Positions 1-10,879 of a stretch of 64,000 nucleotides of DNA are shown here, in pieces (position 1 is the stretch's first letter; each line of letters begins with the position of its first letter). A model generated the notes under the pieces. It saw nothing but the letters and a program-made list of their open reading frames with translations. It ran no database searches and was not told the origin of the DNA. The position numbers and the translations under genes are program-made. Location: NCBI RefSeq assembly GCF_006345805.1, contig NC_043020.1, positions 13,082,001 through 13,146,000 on the forward strand. The letters run 5' to 3'. The stretch comes from Octopus sinensis. Its lineage: Eukaryota.

Positions 1-218
1 TTTGTGAATTACTTCAACATGGATCAACAATGAATATACAACCTGTAAGAACTCTTGTATCAAGTGATCCAGGCAGCCGTATCACAGCCACGACTTCACG
101 TACGATGTGTACCAGTGACCGGCTCAGCATCATGACTGCAACTTCTTGATACAGTATTTCAACTACCGTGGACAATCGACTACGAACTGATATTCTCTTT
201 CTTGTGTATATGAACTTA

Positions 219-684
219 CGGATCTTTTCGGTTTGACCGGCAGTTTTAAAAAATATTTTCCACGTAACTAAACACTTTTAAACTTCCAATACTGGTAGAA
301 TGTGTTTATAAAACATCTTTTTCTCTTGGCTTTATTGAGAAAATTCTATAGTTTGTAAGATATTTGTTGCTTTTTTCTTCAATTTCTGCAATTTCAACCA
401 ATCAATGACGTCTATTGAGGTAAAAAAAAACATTCTGTACCGTATGAATATGTCCCCCGTTTAAGAAACAGATTGGGTTTATTTACATTTGTGAATAAAA
501 AAGATACCCTTCCCCCCATCCCTTACCCTAACCCTAACGCCAAACTAACCCTAACTAATCCTAACTCTAACCCTAACCCTAAAACAGATTGAAATACAAT
601 AGATCGATACTAGGGTCATAATTATGGGTGACATCTTCATATGACACCGCTAGAAAAAACTGCCGGTCAAACCGAAAAGATCCG
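219..684. mobile_element. MITE, ~29-bp TIRs, 6-bp TSD (AACTTA), internal telomere-like repeats; superfamily unassigned
   Basis: CGGATCTTTTCGGTTTGACCGGCAGTTTT (219-247) is the reverse complement of AAAACTGCCGGTCAAACCGAAAAGATCCG (656-684); AACTTA flanks both ends. Confidence 0.85.
523..583 (+). repeat. Degenerate (CCCTAA)n telomere-like tract inside the MITE
   Basis: ...cccta accctaacgc caaactaacc ctaactaatc ctaactctaa ccctaaccct aa. Confidence 0.8.
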
Positions 685-1204
685 AACTTACTACTCACTT
701 CGATGGCTCTAGACTCTTTCACTATCTCCTTCATTGCCATTCTTATATGTTCTTAACACGCGCATACATCTATGCTCACACGCACACATACATTTGTTCT
801 CATGACGGCCTGTCTATTATTCTGTACATTTGACAGACACTCAGATACACATGTTATTATATCAATAAATATTCTCTTAATCATTCAACGACGTTGTGTC
901 TCCATTTTCTTTCTGGCACTTATATGTACCATTCAAATTTATATTTATTGTAACGACTGTGTGGTGTACTAAAGAGCTATTCTCGTCACCTCGCATCGCA
1001 CGGTCCTCACACACCAAACACCTACTTAATGATATCGAAATTCTTTCAGAAAATTCTTTATTATTTTCAAAATAATCTTAAACAAATATAGTGTACATTG
1101 ACTTCACCTTGCGGCCGTTAAACACGAAGAGACTGCATAAAATTTTATTAGCTGTCTTTGTATTGTCCCTCCCCCATCCTTCGCTCTTGTGACAAATAAA
1201 TTAA

Positions 1205-1250
1205 ATGATGATCATCATCATCATCATCATCATCATCATTATTATTATTA

Positions 1251-1283
<33 letters not shown>

Positions 1284-1302
1284 TATTATTATTATTATTA
1301 TC
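1205..1302. repeat. (ATC)n/(ATT)n microsatellite
   Basis: Direct reading. Confidence 0.95.
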
Positions 1303-1304
1303 AT

Positions 1305-1540
1305 AGGCGTAGGAGTGGCTGTGTGGTAAGTAGCTTGCTTACGAACCACATGGTTCCGGGTTCAGTCCCACTGCGTGGCACCTTGGGCAAGTGTTTTCTA
1401 CTATAGCCTCGGGCCGACCAAAACCTTGTGAGTGGATTTGGTAGACGGAAACTGAGAGAAACTGAAAGAAGCCCGTGTGTGTTTGAGTGTTTGTGCTGGT
1501 CCCCCCAACATCGCTTGGCAACCGATGCTGGTGTGTTTAC
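1305..1540 (+). mobile_element. tRNA-derived SINE family A, 3'-truncated
   Basis: Head AGGCGTAGGAGTGGCTGTGTGG (A-box-like) and GGTTCAGTCCC (B-box-like); more than 10 homologous copies in the window. Confidence 0.85.
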
Positions 1541-1544
1541 GTCC

Positions 1545-1637
1545 TCGTAATCAAGGAACATAAGATACTGTGGGATTTTACAATCCAATGTGACTTCCTA
1601 ATCAAGGCTCGGAGACCAGATATTGTTCTGGTAGATT
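1545..1637 (+). mobile_element. Short R4/Dong-like REL endonuclease fragment, opposite in orientation to the adjacent element
   Basis: Reads approximately KEHKILWDFTIQCDFLIKARRPDIVLVD; homologous to 2030-2120 on the minus strand. Confidence 0.75.
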
Positions 1638-1639
1638 CT

Positions 1640-3055
1640 GTGAGAGCGGACGGCAGCCTGCTGTCAAAGATCTCACAGAGTCTCTTTCCACACATTATAA
1701 GCTTTGATACTTGGTTGTTAATTAACGCAGGAGGCACTCAACATCCAAGTACGAATCTCAAAATCCTAGCTGTCCCCAACAGAGCAATTTTGGGGGCTTG
1801 CTCTGCTTTCATTTCAATTCCGATTTCTTTGACATATTTCTCGAACTTGGTTGTTAGTGCTCTCAATGCTACAACAACTTCTGGAATGACAGACACTCTT
1901 CTCATAGTCCACATTCTTGAAATTTCGTCTTTTAGAAATCTATTTAAAAATCTTTTCCAGTTCTTTGTCACTTATGCGTGCATCCCCAGGTATTGCAATA
2001 TCTATGATCTTGGTTTCTTTTTTCCCTTTATCTACTACAACAATATCTGGTCTCCGAGCCTCGATTAGAGAGTCACACTGGATTGTAAAATCCCACAGTA
2101 TCTTATATTCCTTGTTCTCGATGACTCCTGGTTCATGTTCGTACCATTTCCATGCTCTGTTCAGGCCATACTTTTCAGGCCGTATTTTTCCAGTGGACGA
2201 ACTTAGAGCCACGTTGTCATGCCTCCTTTTGTAGTGCTTTTGGGTCAGTTTGCTCCACTCACTCACAATATGTGAGATTGTTTCGTTTCTGCTGCCACAC
2301 ATCCTAAAAAGCGGGCAACTCACTACTCTTATCTATTTAGAACTTGGTGTAATTAGTTCTCAGAGATTGTTCCTGGGCGCTGCATATCAATACATCAGTG
2401 CATCCTTTCAGAGCACTTTTTCTTAGCCATCTTAGTGGTTAACGTATTCGGCTCATGATCGCAAAGTCGTGAGTTCAATTCCCAGTGACGCGTTGTGTCT
2501 ACGAGCAAGACACTTTGTTCCACGTCGCTCTAGTTGAAGCAGCTGGCAAAACAGAGCTGTACCCGTATATAAAAGGGCCAGCCTTGTCAGATAACTTTGA
2601 AGAAAGATGCCCCAGTGTTTAACTGGTATTTATTTTATCAACCCCGAAAGGTTGAAATGCAAGGTCTTGTCTTTTACTTCGATTTCTCTGAGGTATTACC
2701 CATAGACTGATTTCATTTTCCAGTTGTTTACTCTTTCCTCTTCATCTTGCTTCTTAACTATTTGTGGGTGCATCACATTTTCAGTAGGCAATATATTGTT
2801 GATTCTAACAGAAACAAGCAAGGATTCACCCTGCTATTTGATGTACCATCCCAGACTGTTCTTCTCGTTTACAACGCAGATCTTGTATCCTACGAGACCT
2901 CTTCCGCCCCTGTTCCTAGGCACATGCAGTCTGTCAGTATCGCGTTTGGGGTGTTGTTCCTTGTTAATTGTCATCACTTTTCTAGTTCTCCGGTCCATTT
3001 CCTCAAGCTCCTTCTTTGTCCACCTAACAACCCCTGCGCCTTATCGCATTAAGGG
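1640..3055 (-). mobile_element. R4/Dong-clade non-LTR retrotransposon 3' remnant (RT C-terminus, CCHC-like region, REL endonuclease), interrupted at 2432-2667
   Basis: Pieces read GAGVVRWTKKELEEMDRRTRKVMT...RGGRGL (3050-2700), AQEQSLRTNY (~2370), RMCGSRNETISHIVSE...RRHDNVA...ILWDFTIQCD..IEARRPDIVVVDK..KIIDIAIPGD, and ...IALLGTARILRFVLGC*; frameshifts and stops present. Confidence 0.85.
2432..2667 (+). mobile_element. Composite SINE patch (H2 5' part + C fragment) inserted in the R4 element
   Basis: Near-identical to 8231-8398 and 8024-8081; the R4 reading (KDKT | WLRKSALK) resumes on both sides. Confidence 0.75.
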
Positions 3056-3227
3056 ATCAGCCCCATGTGTTCATTGTCCTGATTTTGTTTCTTTTTTTTT
3101 TCCATTGAATCTGCTTCCCATAATTAACTTGGTTCTTTTTTTTGTTGTCGTATTCTACAACACCCAGATATTTTAAAATTTCAACAGAAAATGTTCATAT
3201 ATACGAATTTGACAAATTACACACACA

Positions 3228-3237
3228 CACACACACG

Positions 3238-3283
<46 letters not shown>

Positions 3284-3535
3284 TAGATAGATAGATAGAT
3301 AGATATGTTTCTTTATTAGCCACACAGGGCTGCACACAGACAGGACAAAATTACAAGGTAGAGCTTTTCTTTTGGGGGTAAAAGAAGGGGGCTTGGTTTT
3401 CGATCAAAAGGGATCGTAAATGGAAAGAAAGAGGACAAAAAAGGGGGGGATAAAATAAAATTTTTAAAAAAAAGGGGGAGGTGAGGAAAAAAAAGGGAGT
3501 GAGATAGATAGAGAGAGTGAGTGAGTGAGTGAGTG

Positions 3536-3568
<33 letters not shown>

Positions 3569-3570
3569 TG
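3228..3570. repeat. Compound (CA)/(GACA)/(GATA)/(GAGT) microsatellites with a purine-rich spacer
   Basis: Direct reading. Confidence 0.85.
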
Positions 3571-3644
3571 GCACACTAGAACTTACAGGGTGCTTCTTTT
3601 TCGGATTAATTGTTTATGGAATATACACACACACATCTCATTTA

Positions 3645-3990
3645 TTTTTACTTATTTCAGTAGTAAGACTGCGGCCGAGTTGGGGCACCGCCTTCAAGAA
3701 CTTTTAGTCGAATGAATCGATCCCAGTACTTTTTTTAGCCTGGTATTTATTCTATTAGTCTCTTTTGCCGAACCACCAGGTTACGGGAACGTAAATACGC
3801 CAACACCAGTTTTGTCAAGTGGTGGGAAACAAACACGCGCTCGCACACACACACACACACATGCTTCTTTCAGTTTCCGTCGACAAAAAGTTTTGGCCAA
3901 TCCGAGTTCATCGTAGAAGACACCCAAGGTGCCTCGCAGTGGGACTGAACCTGGAACCATGTGGTCAGAAAGCAAACTTCTTACCACACA
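3645..3990 (-). mobile_element. SINE family A, degenerate
   Basis: Homologous to 7388-7822. Confidence 0.8.
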
Positions 3991-4699
3991 CACACACACA
4001 CACACATACAGAGAGAGAGAGGGGGGAGAGAGAAAGCGAGAGGGGGACAGACAGAGGAAGGAGTGTCAGATAAATAGATGGGTAACAGTAAATTATGAAT
4101 TAGCCATTTTTAGTATCATTTCAAGCTCAAAAATAAAATATACTTTGTGCCAGTCAAAATTTAGGGAATCAATTTCTGCAGATTTTCTATTTTAGAACAG
4201 AAGTATGGTTTCTAAATGCTACCTTATTCCAACTAAACCACACAGCATATAATAAACAACATGCAATATTAATATTTCCTTCAATATTGTCGATGCCACT
4301 GGCAAATTTTTATTTAGACGTTTCCACTGTTATGTGTCTTTTATATTTTATTTCCTTCTTCAAACTGTTGACTTAACGATGTTCGTTTTCTTCATATTTT
4401 AAAGTTCCATTTTCTCGCATCTTTCATTTCTTTCCTCTTGTTCTAATTCAGTTTCCTGCTGTCTTTTTCCCCCCTTCTGTCTACTGGGTTCTTGCATATT
4501 TTCCATTTATTCTCTTCACTTTGGTTCTTTTTGCTTAGAGAAAATACTTATTATGTTTTCTTGCTTCCATTTTATGATAACACTTCAGAATATTCCTTAA
4601 AGGAATGTAGAGAAGAAATTAACTTAACTTAAGAAAAAATTGGGGTTAAGATTCTATAAAATGTCATTGTACCTTGCTTCCTTCCCATCATCCTTCTGG

Positions 4700-4875
4700 T
4701 AATAGCTCCTCGTTTTCTCAAGCTATACTTATTCCACTTTACTCAAGTGACCACACTTCCCTTCACCTTTCTGTCTCTGATATTACCTAACACAGTAGTT
4801 TTCCTGCATCTCAGTTACAACGCGAACAAAACTTATTTTACGCCTTAGAACAACACAATCCACTGGTCTAAACAT
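4700..4875 (+). mobile_element. Degenerate Penelope-like GIY-YIG C-terminal remnant
   Basis: With frameshifts reads SSDHTSLHLSVS...QLQREQNL.LRLRTTQSTGLN, paralleling STGHSFQHLSV...CREQELISLPSFAPHGLN at ~44400-44510; followed by a CA-rich tract as in that copy. Confidence 0.5.
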
Positions 4876-5557
4876 GTTCGATTTACACACACACACACAT
4901 GCGTGCACGCACAAACACACATAAACACACACATACACATACGCACACACATACACACATCACGAACATACACTCACACAAACACAACACCAGCACGTCA
5001 AAATATTCAATTTACCACAGCTATTGATACACACTATGATTCCATTCACTACACACGTACACACACATACACACACGTACAGATACTTACATATATACAC
5101 ACACTGCATTACATATGCAGCACCTCACATACGATTATTCTTAACTACTTTTATATAAACACAAATGCACGCGCACGTATTTACACAGCAATGTGTACAC
5201 AAACACATACACATACACACTCACATACACAGGAACACTTGCATGTATACACATAATGTATTACAAACACACCACCTTACATACTGATCAACGCACATAC
5301 ACGCAGGCACGCTCACACACACACACACTCGTCTACGTACTCTTGTATAATCACAATTACACTTCCTTCAACTAAAAATTACTAGCATGCCTGTCGTCCC
5401 TCTTTAGAAACTCTCTCTTAGCTGAAAAACCCGCTTCTTTCCCTGTCATTTCCTATCTGCTATTCATTACACACGATTCCATTTTAATCAAACCTGTAAT
5501 ACCATTTTACAGAGCTTTTCTTCTTCCACTCTTTTGTATCTTCTTTTTCCTCTGCCT

Positions 5558-5593
5558 CTTCTTGACAAAAGACCACTGTCCGAAACGTAAAAT
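5558..5593 (+). ncRNA. Degenerate hammerhead-ribozyme-like motif (probable PLE terminal repeat remnant)
   Basis: TTGACAA-AA-GAC-CACT-GTC-C-GAA-ACGT-A: U3/A8 core, 3-bp stem II, palindromic ACGT stem III; stem I poorly paired. Confidence 0.4.
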
Positions 5594-5844
5594 ACTTTTT
5601 AAAATTTCTTCAACACTAGTTCATTATAAACTGCATATAAACTATTTACCGATATTTGGGGGCGGGGGATGATAGAATGTGCGGTAATGGATTGGCATGA
5701 CCGGTAGAGCATCTAAAAAAGTATTTTGCGGTACTTGTTCTGGCTTTTTACGTTATGAGTTCAAATTCTGCAGGTTTCAACTTCCCTTTCATCATCCCTC
5801 CAATGTCAAGAGAACGAAATAACACTCAGGTACTAGCAATATTG

Positions 5845-6013
5845 GCTTAAAATGTTGGCACAAGGCCAGTAATTCCGAGGGAGAAGCTAAGTAGATTAGA
5901 TCAACCCCAGTGCTTTTAGCGATCCCGAAAGGATGAAAGGTAAAGTCGGCTACAGCGGCATTTAAATTCAAAACGTAAAATAGGAAGAAATGCCGCTAAG
6001 CATTTTATCTGGC
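5845..6013 (-). mobile_element. SINE family C' (C body with GGCCTTGTGCCAA/(ATT)n-type tail), degenerate
   Basis: CCCGAAAGGATGAAAGGTAAAGTC core shared with other C copies. Confidence 0.75.
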
Positions 6014-6250
6014 GCAGTAAGGGGTTGATTTCAAATTTTAGTGGCAGTAAGGCGGCGATTTCAAATTTTAGTGGCAGTAAGGCGGCGATTTCAAATTTTA
6101 GTGGCAGTAAGGCGGCGATTTCAAATTTTAGTGGCAGTAAGGGGTTGATTTCAAATTTTAGTGGCAGTAAGGCGGCGATTTCAAATTTTAGTGGCAGTAA
6201 GGCGGCGATTTCAAATTTTAGTGGCAGTAAGGCGGCGATTTCAAATTTTG
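6014..6250. repeat. 30-bp minisatellite x8 with A-B-B-B-A-B-B-B higher-order pattern
   Basis: Unit AAGGCGGCGATTTCAAATTTTAGTGGCAGT; units 1 and 5 carry GGGGTTG in place of GGCGGCG. Confidence 0.95.
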
Positions 6251-7190
6251 GTACAACGCCAGTAGTTTCGGGGAAAGGGGATAAGTCAATTACATTGACC
6301 CCAGTATAAAACTGGTACTTATTTTATTGACCTCGAAAGGATGAAAGGTAAAGTCGACCTCGGCGGAATTTGAACTCAGAACGTAGCGCCAGACGAAATA
6401 CCTATTTCTTTATTACCCACAAGGAGCTAAACACAGAGGGGACAAACAAGGATAGATAGACGGATTACGTCGATCATATCGACCCCAGTGCGTAACTGAT
6501 ACTTATTTAATCGACCCCGAAAGGATGAAAGGCAAAGTCGACCTCGGCGGAATTTGAACACAGAACGTAGCGGCAGACGAAATACCTATTTCTTTACTAC
6601 CCACAAGGGGCTAAACACAGAGGGGACAAACAAGGACAGACAAAGGGATTAAATCGATTACATCAACCCCAGTGTATAACTGGTACTTAATTTATCGACC
6701 CCGAAAGGATGAAAGGCAAAGTCGACCTCGGCGGAATTTGAACTCAGAACGTAGCGCCAGACGAAATACCTATTTCTTAATTACCCACAAGGGGCTAAAC
6801 ACAGAGGGGACAAACAAGGACAGACATAGGTATTAAGTCGATTACATTGACCCCAGTGCGTAACTGGTACTTAATTTATCGACACCGAAAGGATGAAAGG
6901 CAAAGTCGACCTCGGCGGAATTTGAACTCAGAACGTAGCGCCAGACGAAATACCTATTTCTTTACTACCCACAAGGGGCTAAACATAGAGGGGACAAACA
7001 AGGACAGACATAGGTATTAAGTCGATTTCATCGACCCCAGCGCGTGACTGGTACTTAATTTATCGACACCGAAAGGATGAAAGGCAAAGTCGACCTCGGC
7101 GGAATTTGAACTCAGAACGTAGCGCCAGACGAAATACCGCTAAGCATTTTTCCTGGCGTGGTAACGGCTCCGACAGCTCGCCGTTCTGCT
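6250..7190 (-). mobile_element. Head-to-tail SINE-C multimer (~184-bp units, four junctions) ending in a C' monomer
   Basis: Junction ACGAAATACCTATTTC at ~6394, 6578, 6765 and 6946; SINE head at ~7130-7190. Confidence 0.9.
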
Positions 7191-7387
7191 GCTGCTGCTA
7201 GCAGTATTACTGTTTTATGATTTTATGAACATTTTTAGAATATTAGAATTTTAGAATGACCACTGAGGATAAAATATGAGAATATTGGGAAACACATTAT
7301 TCATAAAATTCTAACTGCAATGTAAGATAAGAGATCAATATTCGGACTTAAAAATTGATTGATCGATCTATTGATTAATACCTAGAC

Positions 7388-7568
7388 TCTTTTACTCTTT
7401 TACTTGTTTCAGTCATTTGACTGGAGCACCGCCTTTAGTCGAGCAAATCGACCACAGGACTTATTCTTTTGTAAGCCCAGTACTCATTCTATGTGACTCT
7501 TTTGCTGAACCGCTAAGTTACGGGGCCGGAAAGATATTGCCATCGGTTGTCAAGCGATGTTGGGGGGA

Positions 7569-7623
<55 letters not shown>

Positions 7624-7822
7624 CACACACACACACACATATATATATGAACATATATACGACGGGCTTCTTTCAGTTTCCGTCTACCAAATCCACTCAC
7701 AAGGCTTTGGTCGGCCCGAGGCTATAGTTGAAGACACTTGCCCATGGTGCCACGCAGTAGGACTGAACCCGGAACTATGTGGTTGGTAAGCAAGCTACTT
7801 ACCACACAGCCACTCCTGCGCC
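7388..7822 (-). mobile_element. SINE family A, full length, internal (CA)n
   Basis: Head ends ...CCACTCCTGCGCCT; tail ACTCTTTTACTCTTTTACTTG. Confidence 0.9.
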
Positions 7823-7964
7823 TGGAAATCTTACCATGCTATTTCCCTGGAATCACGGTTTTTCTACATGGTCATTTGTTCTGCTAAATCTAGCAGCTAA
7901 ATCACCCTTCAAACCACATCCTAACTCCCTCAAAAAAAGGGAAGGACCAGTTAGATAATAATTT

Positions 7965-8175
7965 CAGATTTTGGCACAAGGCCAGCAATTTTTAGGGAGA
8001 GTGGAGGTAAGTCGATTACACAAGCCCCAGTGTTTAACTGGTATTTATTTTATCAACCCCGAAAGGTTGAAATGCAAAGTCGACCGCCATGGAATTTGAA
8101 CCGAGTAAAAAGCCGGAAGATATGCAACTAAGCATTTTGTTCGACACGCTAACGAATTTTCCAGCTCGCTGCCGT
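7965..8175 (-). mobile_element. SINE C'
   Basis: TTTTGGCACAAGGCCAGC tail through CCAGCTCGCTGCC head. Confidence 0.8.
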
Positions 8176-8215
8176 AAGGGCACATGAGATAACGCAGTCT
8201 TATAAGTCGAGATAC

Positions 8216-8399
8216 GGAAGGCGCGTGGCCTAGTGGTTAGCGTATTTGGCTCACGATCGCAAGGTCGTGAGTTCAATTCCCAGTGACGCGTTGTGTCTAT
8301 GAGCAAGACACTTTGTTTCACGTCGCTCTAGTTGAATCAGCTGGCAAAATGGAGCTGTACCTGTATTTAAAAGGGCCAGCCTTGTCAGATAACTTTGAA
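8216..8399 (+). mobile_element. SINE H2 (CORE-like body), 3'-truncated
   Basis: tRNA-like head GGAAGGCGCGTGGCCTAGTGGTTAG...GAGTTCAATTCC, then GAGCAAGACACTT. Confidence 0.8.
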
Positions 8400-8433
8400 T
8401 ATGTACTAGTCTCCGTAGTCTTTGTAATTGTTA

Positions 8434-8826
8434 TCTTTATATATAAAAGTGAAGTTGTGTGTCTGTCTCCTACGATTTAGATTCCTAACTACTCCCACAT
8501 TTTGCGGTGCAGTTTAACCAAAACCGGGTATCTTATAGTCGTGATTCATATCGAGCTCTTCTGGGTATTAGCGCGCGTCTACGATGAGTCTACGATTTTA
8601 AAAATAATTTACCATCATTTTTTTCCATTTTAATGCATATTTTTTTAATATAAGGGAAGTAACTCTCTAAAAATGTCTACGATGAGTCAACGATTTAAAA
8701 AAAATTTACCATCATATTTTTTCCATTTTTAATGCATTTTTTTGCTATTTTTTGGCTATAACTCTCTAAAAATGCTTTATAGTTATTTCCCTTACAAACC
8801 CGAGCAACGCCGGGCGATACTGCTAG
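8434..8826 (+). mobile_element. Non-autonomous Helitron family 1
   Basis: 5' TC after A; 3' CTAG before T; subterminal hairpin CCCGAGCAACGCCGGG; no TSD; three copies in the window. Confidence 0.9.
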
Positions 8827-9663
8827 TATATATATATATATTGCGGCGTACGTACACTTAATTCTCTTATATTTATGTAAGCATTCCACTAAACTTTGTA
8901 CGACTTCTACACACACTTTCTCTGTCTTTCTTACTTTGTACTTCACTGTCTCTGTCTTTCTCTTTTCTCGCCTCTTTGATTCTTCGGTCTCCTCTTTCCC
9001 CACTCTCTCACATTTCTTTGCCTTCTTACTTTGCACTTCACTGACCCTGTCTTTCTTTTATCCCGCCAATCCTTGGCACGCTCTCTTTCTTCTCCCCCTC
9101 ATTAATTCCTTCTTTCACTCTCTCTTCTCCCCCTCCTTAATTCCTTTGTTCCTCTTTTTCTCTCTCTTCTCCCTCTCTTTAATTCCTTTGCCCTTTTTTC
9201 TCACTCTTCTCTTCTCACGTGACCGCTGGCTATAGCCTTTCCGCTTCTGACCAGCGCCACAACATCGTATTCTTCGTCTGCCGTAAGGCATTATTTTTCA
9301 AATACGCCAGTTAAGTTCAACTGTCTAAAGTCGAAAGACGCCTGTTGTTTTGTCCTGACATTATTATTATTATTATTATTATTATTGTTGTTTTTTGCAT
9401 TTATATTCGTATTATTTTTTGTTTTTTTGTATTTATATTCGTGTAACATCGTCCGTTTTTCTGTCCTTGTTTCGTATACATTCGATCCTTTTTCCAAGAA
9501 ATCTAATGCTCGTATTTTAGTTTTTCCTTGGGGCTGGCCAGATTGAAGCAATCTCAAGATTAATCAGCCGAAATTGCGAGGATGATCCGGTTCTTGACTG
9601 AAGATTAGAGGCTTCGAATGACCCGTCCATTTTTTGTATCGTCTATTTGAATGTTTTGCGTTC

Positions 9664-9674
9664 TTGTCCCATTT

Positions 9675-9742
<68 letters not shown>

Positions 9743-9753
9743 AAATGGGACAA
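9664..9753. repeat. Perfect 90-bp palindrome TTGTCCCATTTTG-(TA)32-CAAAATGGGACAA
   Basis: Direct reading. Confidence 0.9.
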
Positions 9754-9759
9754 AATGGG

Positions 9760-10390
9760 TTAGGGTGTTAGACCCCCAATCATAAGATTGTGGTTTCAAT
9801 TCCTGGACTGGCTGATGCATTGTGCTCTTAAGCCTTGTCACACTCGTATGTGTCACGCTGAATCTCCCTGAGAACTACGTTAAGCGTACATGTGTCTGTG
9901 GAGTGCTCAACCACATGAACGTTAATTTCACGAGCAAGCTGTTCAGTTGATCAGATCAGTGGAGGCGCAATGGCCCAGTGGTTAGGGCAGCGGACTCGCG
10001 GTCATAGGATCGCGGTTTCGATTCCCAGACCGGGCGTTGTGAGTGTTTATTGAGCGAAAACACCTAAAGCTCCACGAGGCTCCGGCAGGGGATGGTGGTG
10101 ATCCCTGCTGTACTCTTTCACCACAACTTTCTCTCACTCTTACTTCCTGTTTCTGTTGTACCTGTATTTCAAAGGGCCGGCCTTGTCACTCTCTGTGTCA
10201 TGCTGAATATCCCCAAGAACTACGTTAAGGGTACACGTGTCTGTGGAGTACTCAGCCACTTACACGTTAATTTCACGAGCAGGCTGTTCCGTTGATTCGA
10301 ATCAACCGGAACCCTCGTCGTCGTAACCGACGGAGTGCTTCCATGATCAGATCAACCGGAACACTCGTCGTCGCAGCCGACGGAGTGCCA
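9760..10390 (+). mobile_element. Degenerate H2-T1 SINE interrupted by a younger H1-T1 SINE (9959-10343)
   Basis: 11-bp TSD TGATCAGATCA at 9948-9958 and 10344-10354; host tail resumes after the insert; H1 head has a tRNA-Arg-like TCG loop. Confidence 0.85.
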
Positions 10391-10879
10391 TAAGCTGAGA
10401 ATAGTGGCGGCTGGAATACTTTTCCTGTTAAGTCAGCATGATCAATGCTAGCTCTGGGTTAAACAAACAACAGACTACATTTAGACTTATATTAGTAAAA
10501 AAACATTTTAAAAGAGGAATTCGGTTCGCTGAGTCAATTGCTTATAATTCGTTAATTATTGACATCTCTCTCTAATTACTATCATAACTCGGTAATTGCT
10601 GACATTAGACCATCACTCGATTCTCATAGCTTCCTCTTTACTATGTTACAGATCGTTCTTTAGCTCGTTTTAACCTTTACAGTTGAGACCATACTGGAAA
10701 AGTACCAATGTTATAGCAACAATATTATTTCACAACCATCAAAATCTACGAGATTCGAAAATATTTCCTGGCTTCTTAAGATTTAAAAATAATTTTCACT
10801 TTTTATTTGTTTATTCCCTATTAAATGCAATTTATATGATTTAGCAGCGCAGTCGTAAAATGGTATGCTTCCAGAAAGT

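Noticed and set aside
949-1194. TGTAAC...GTGACA as a solo LTR
   Set aside because: No 4-6-bp direct TSD and no second copy in the window
1487-2068. 193-aa ORF as a gene
   Set aside because: Chimera of SINE A, the inverted REL fragment and antisense R4 sequence
9598-9625. CTGAAGA...GAAT as a hammerhead
   Set aside because: No convincing stem II or stem III; GAAA is incomplete
9961-10035. tRNA-like sequences at SINE heads (also 1305, 21821, 27180 and others)
   Set aside because: No complete cloverleaf or acceptor stem; each continues into a repeated SINE body
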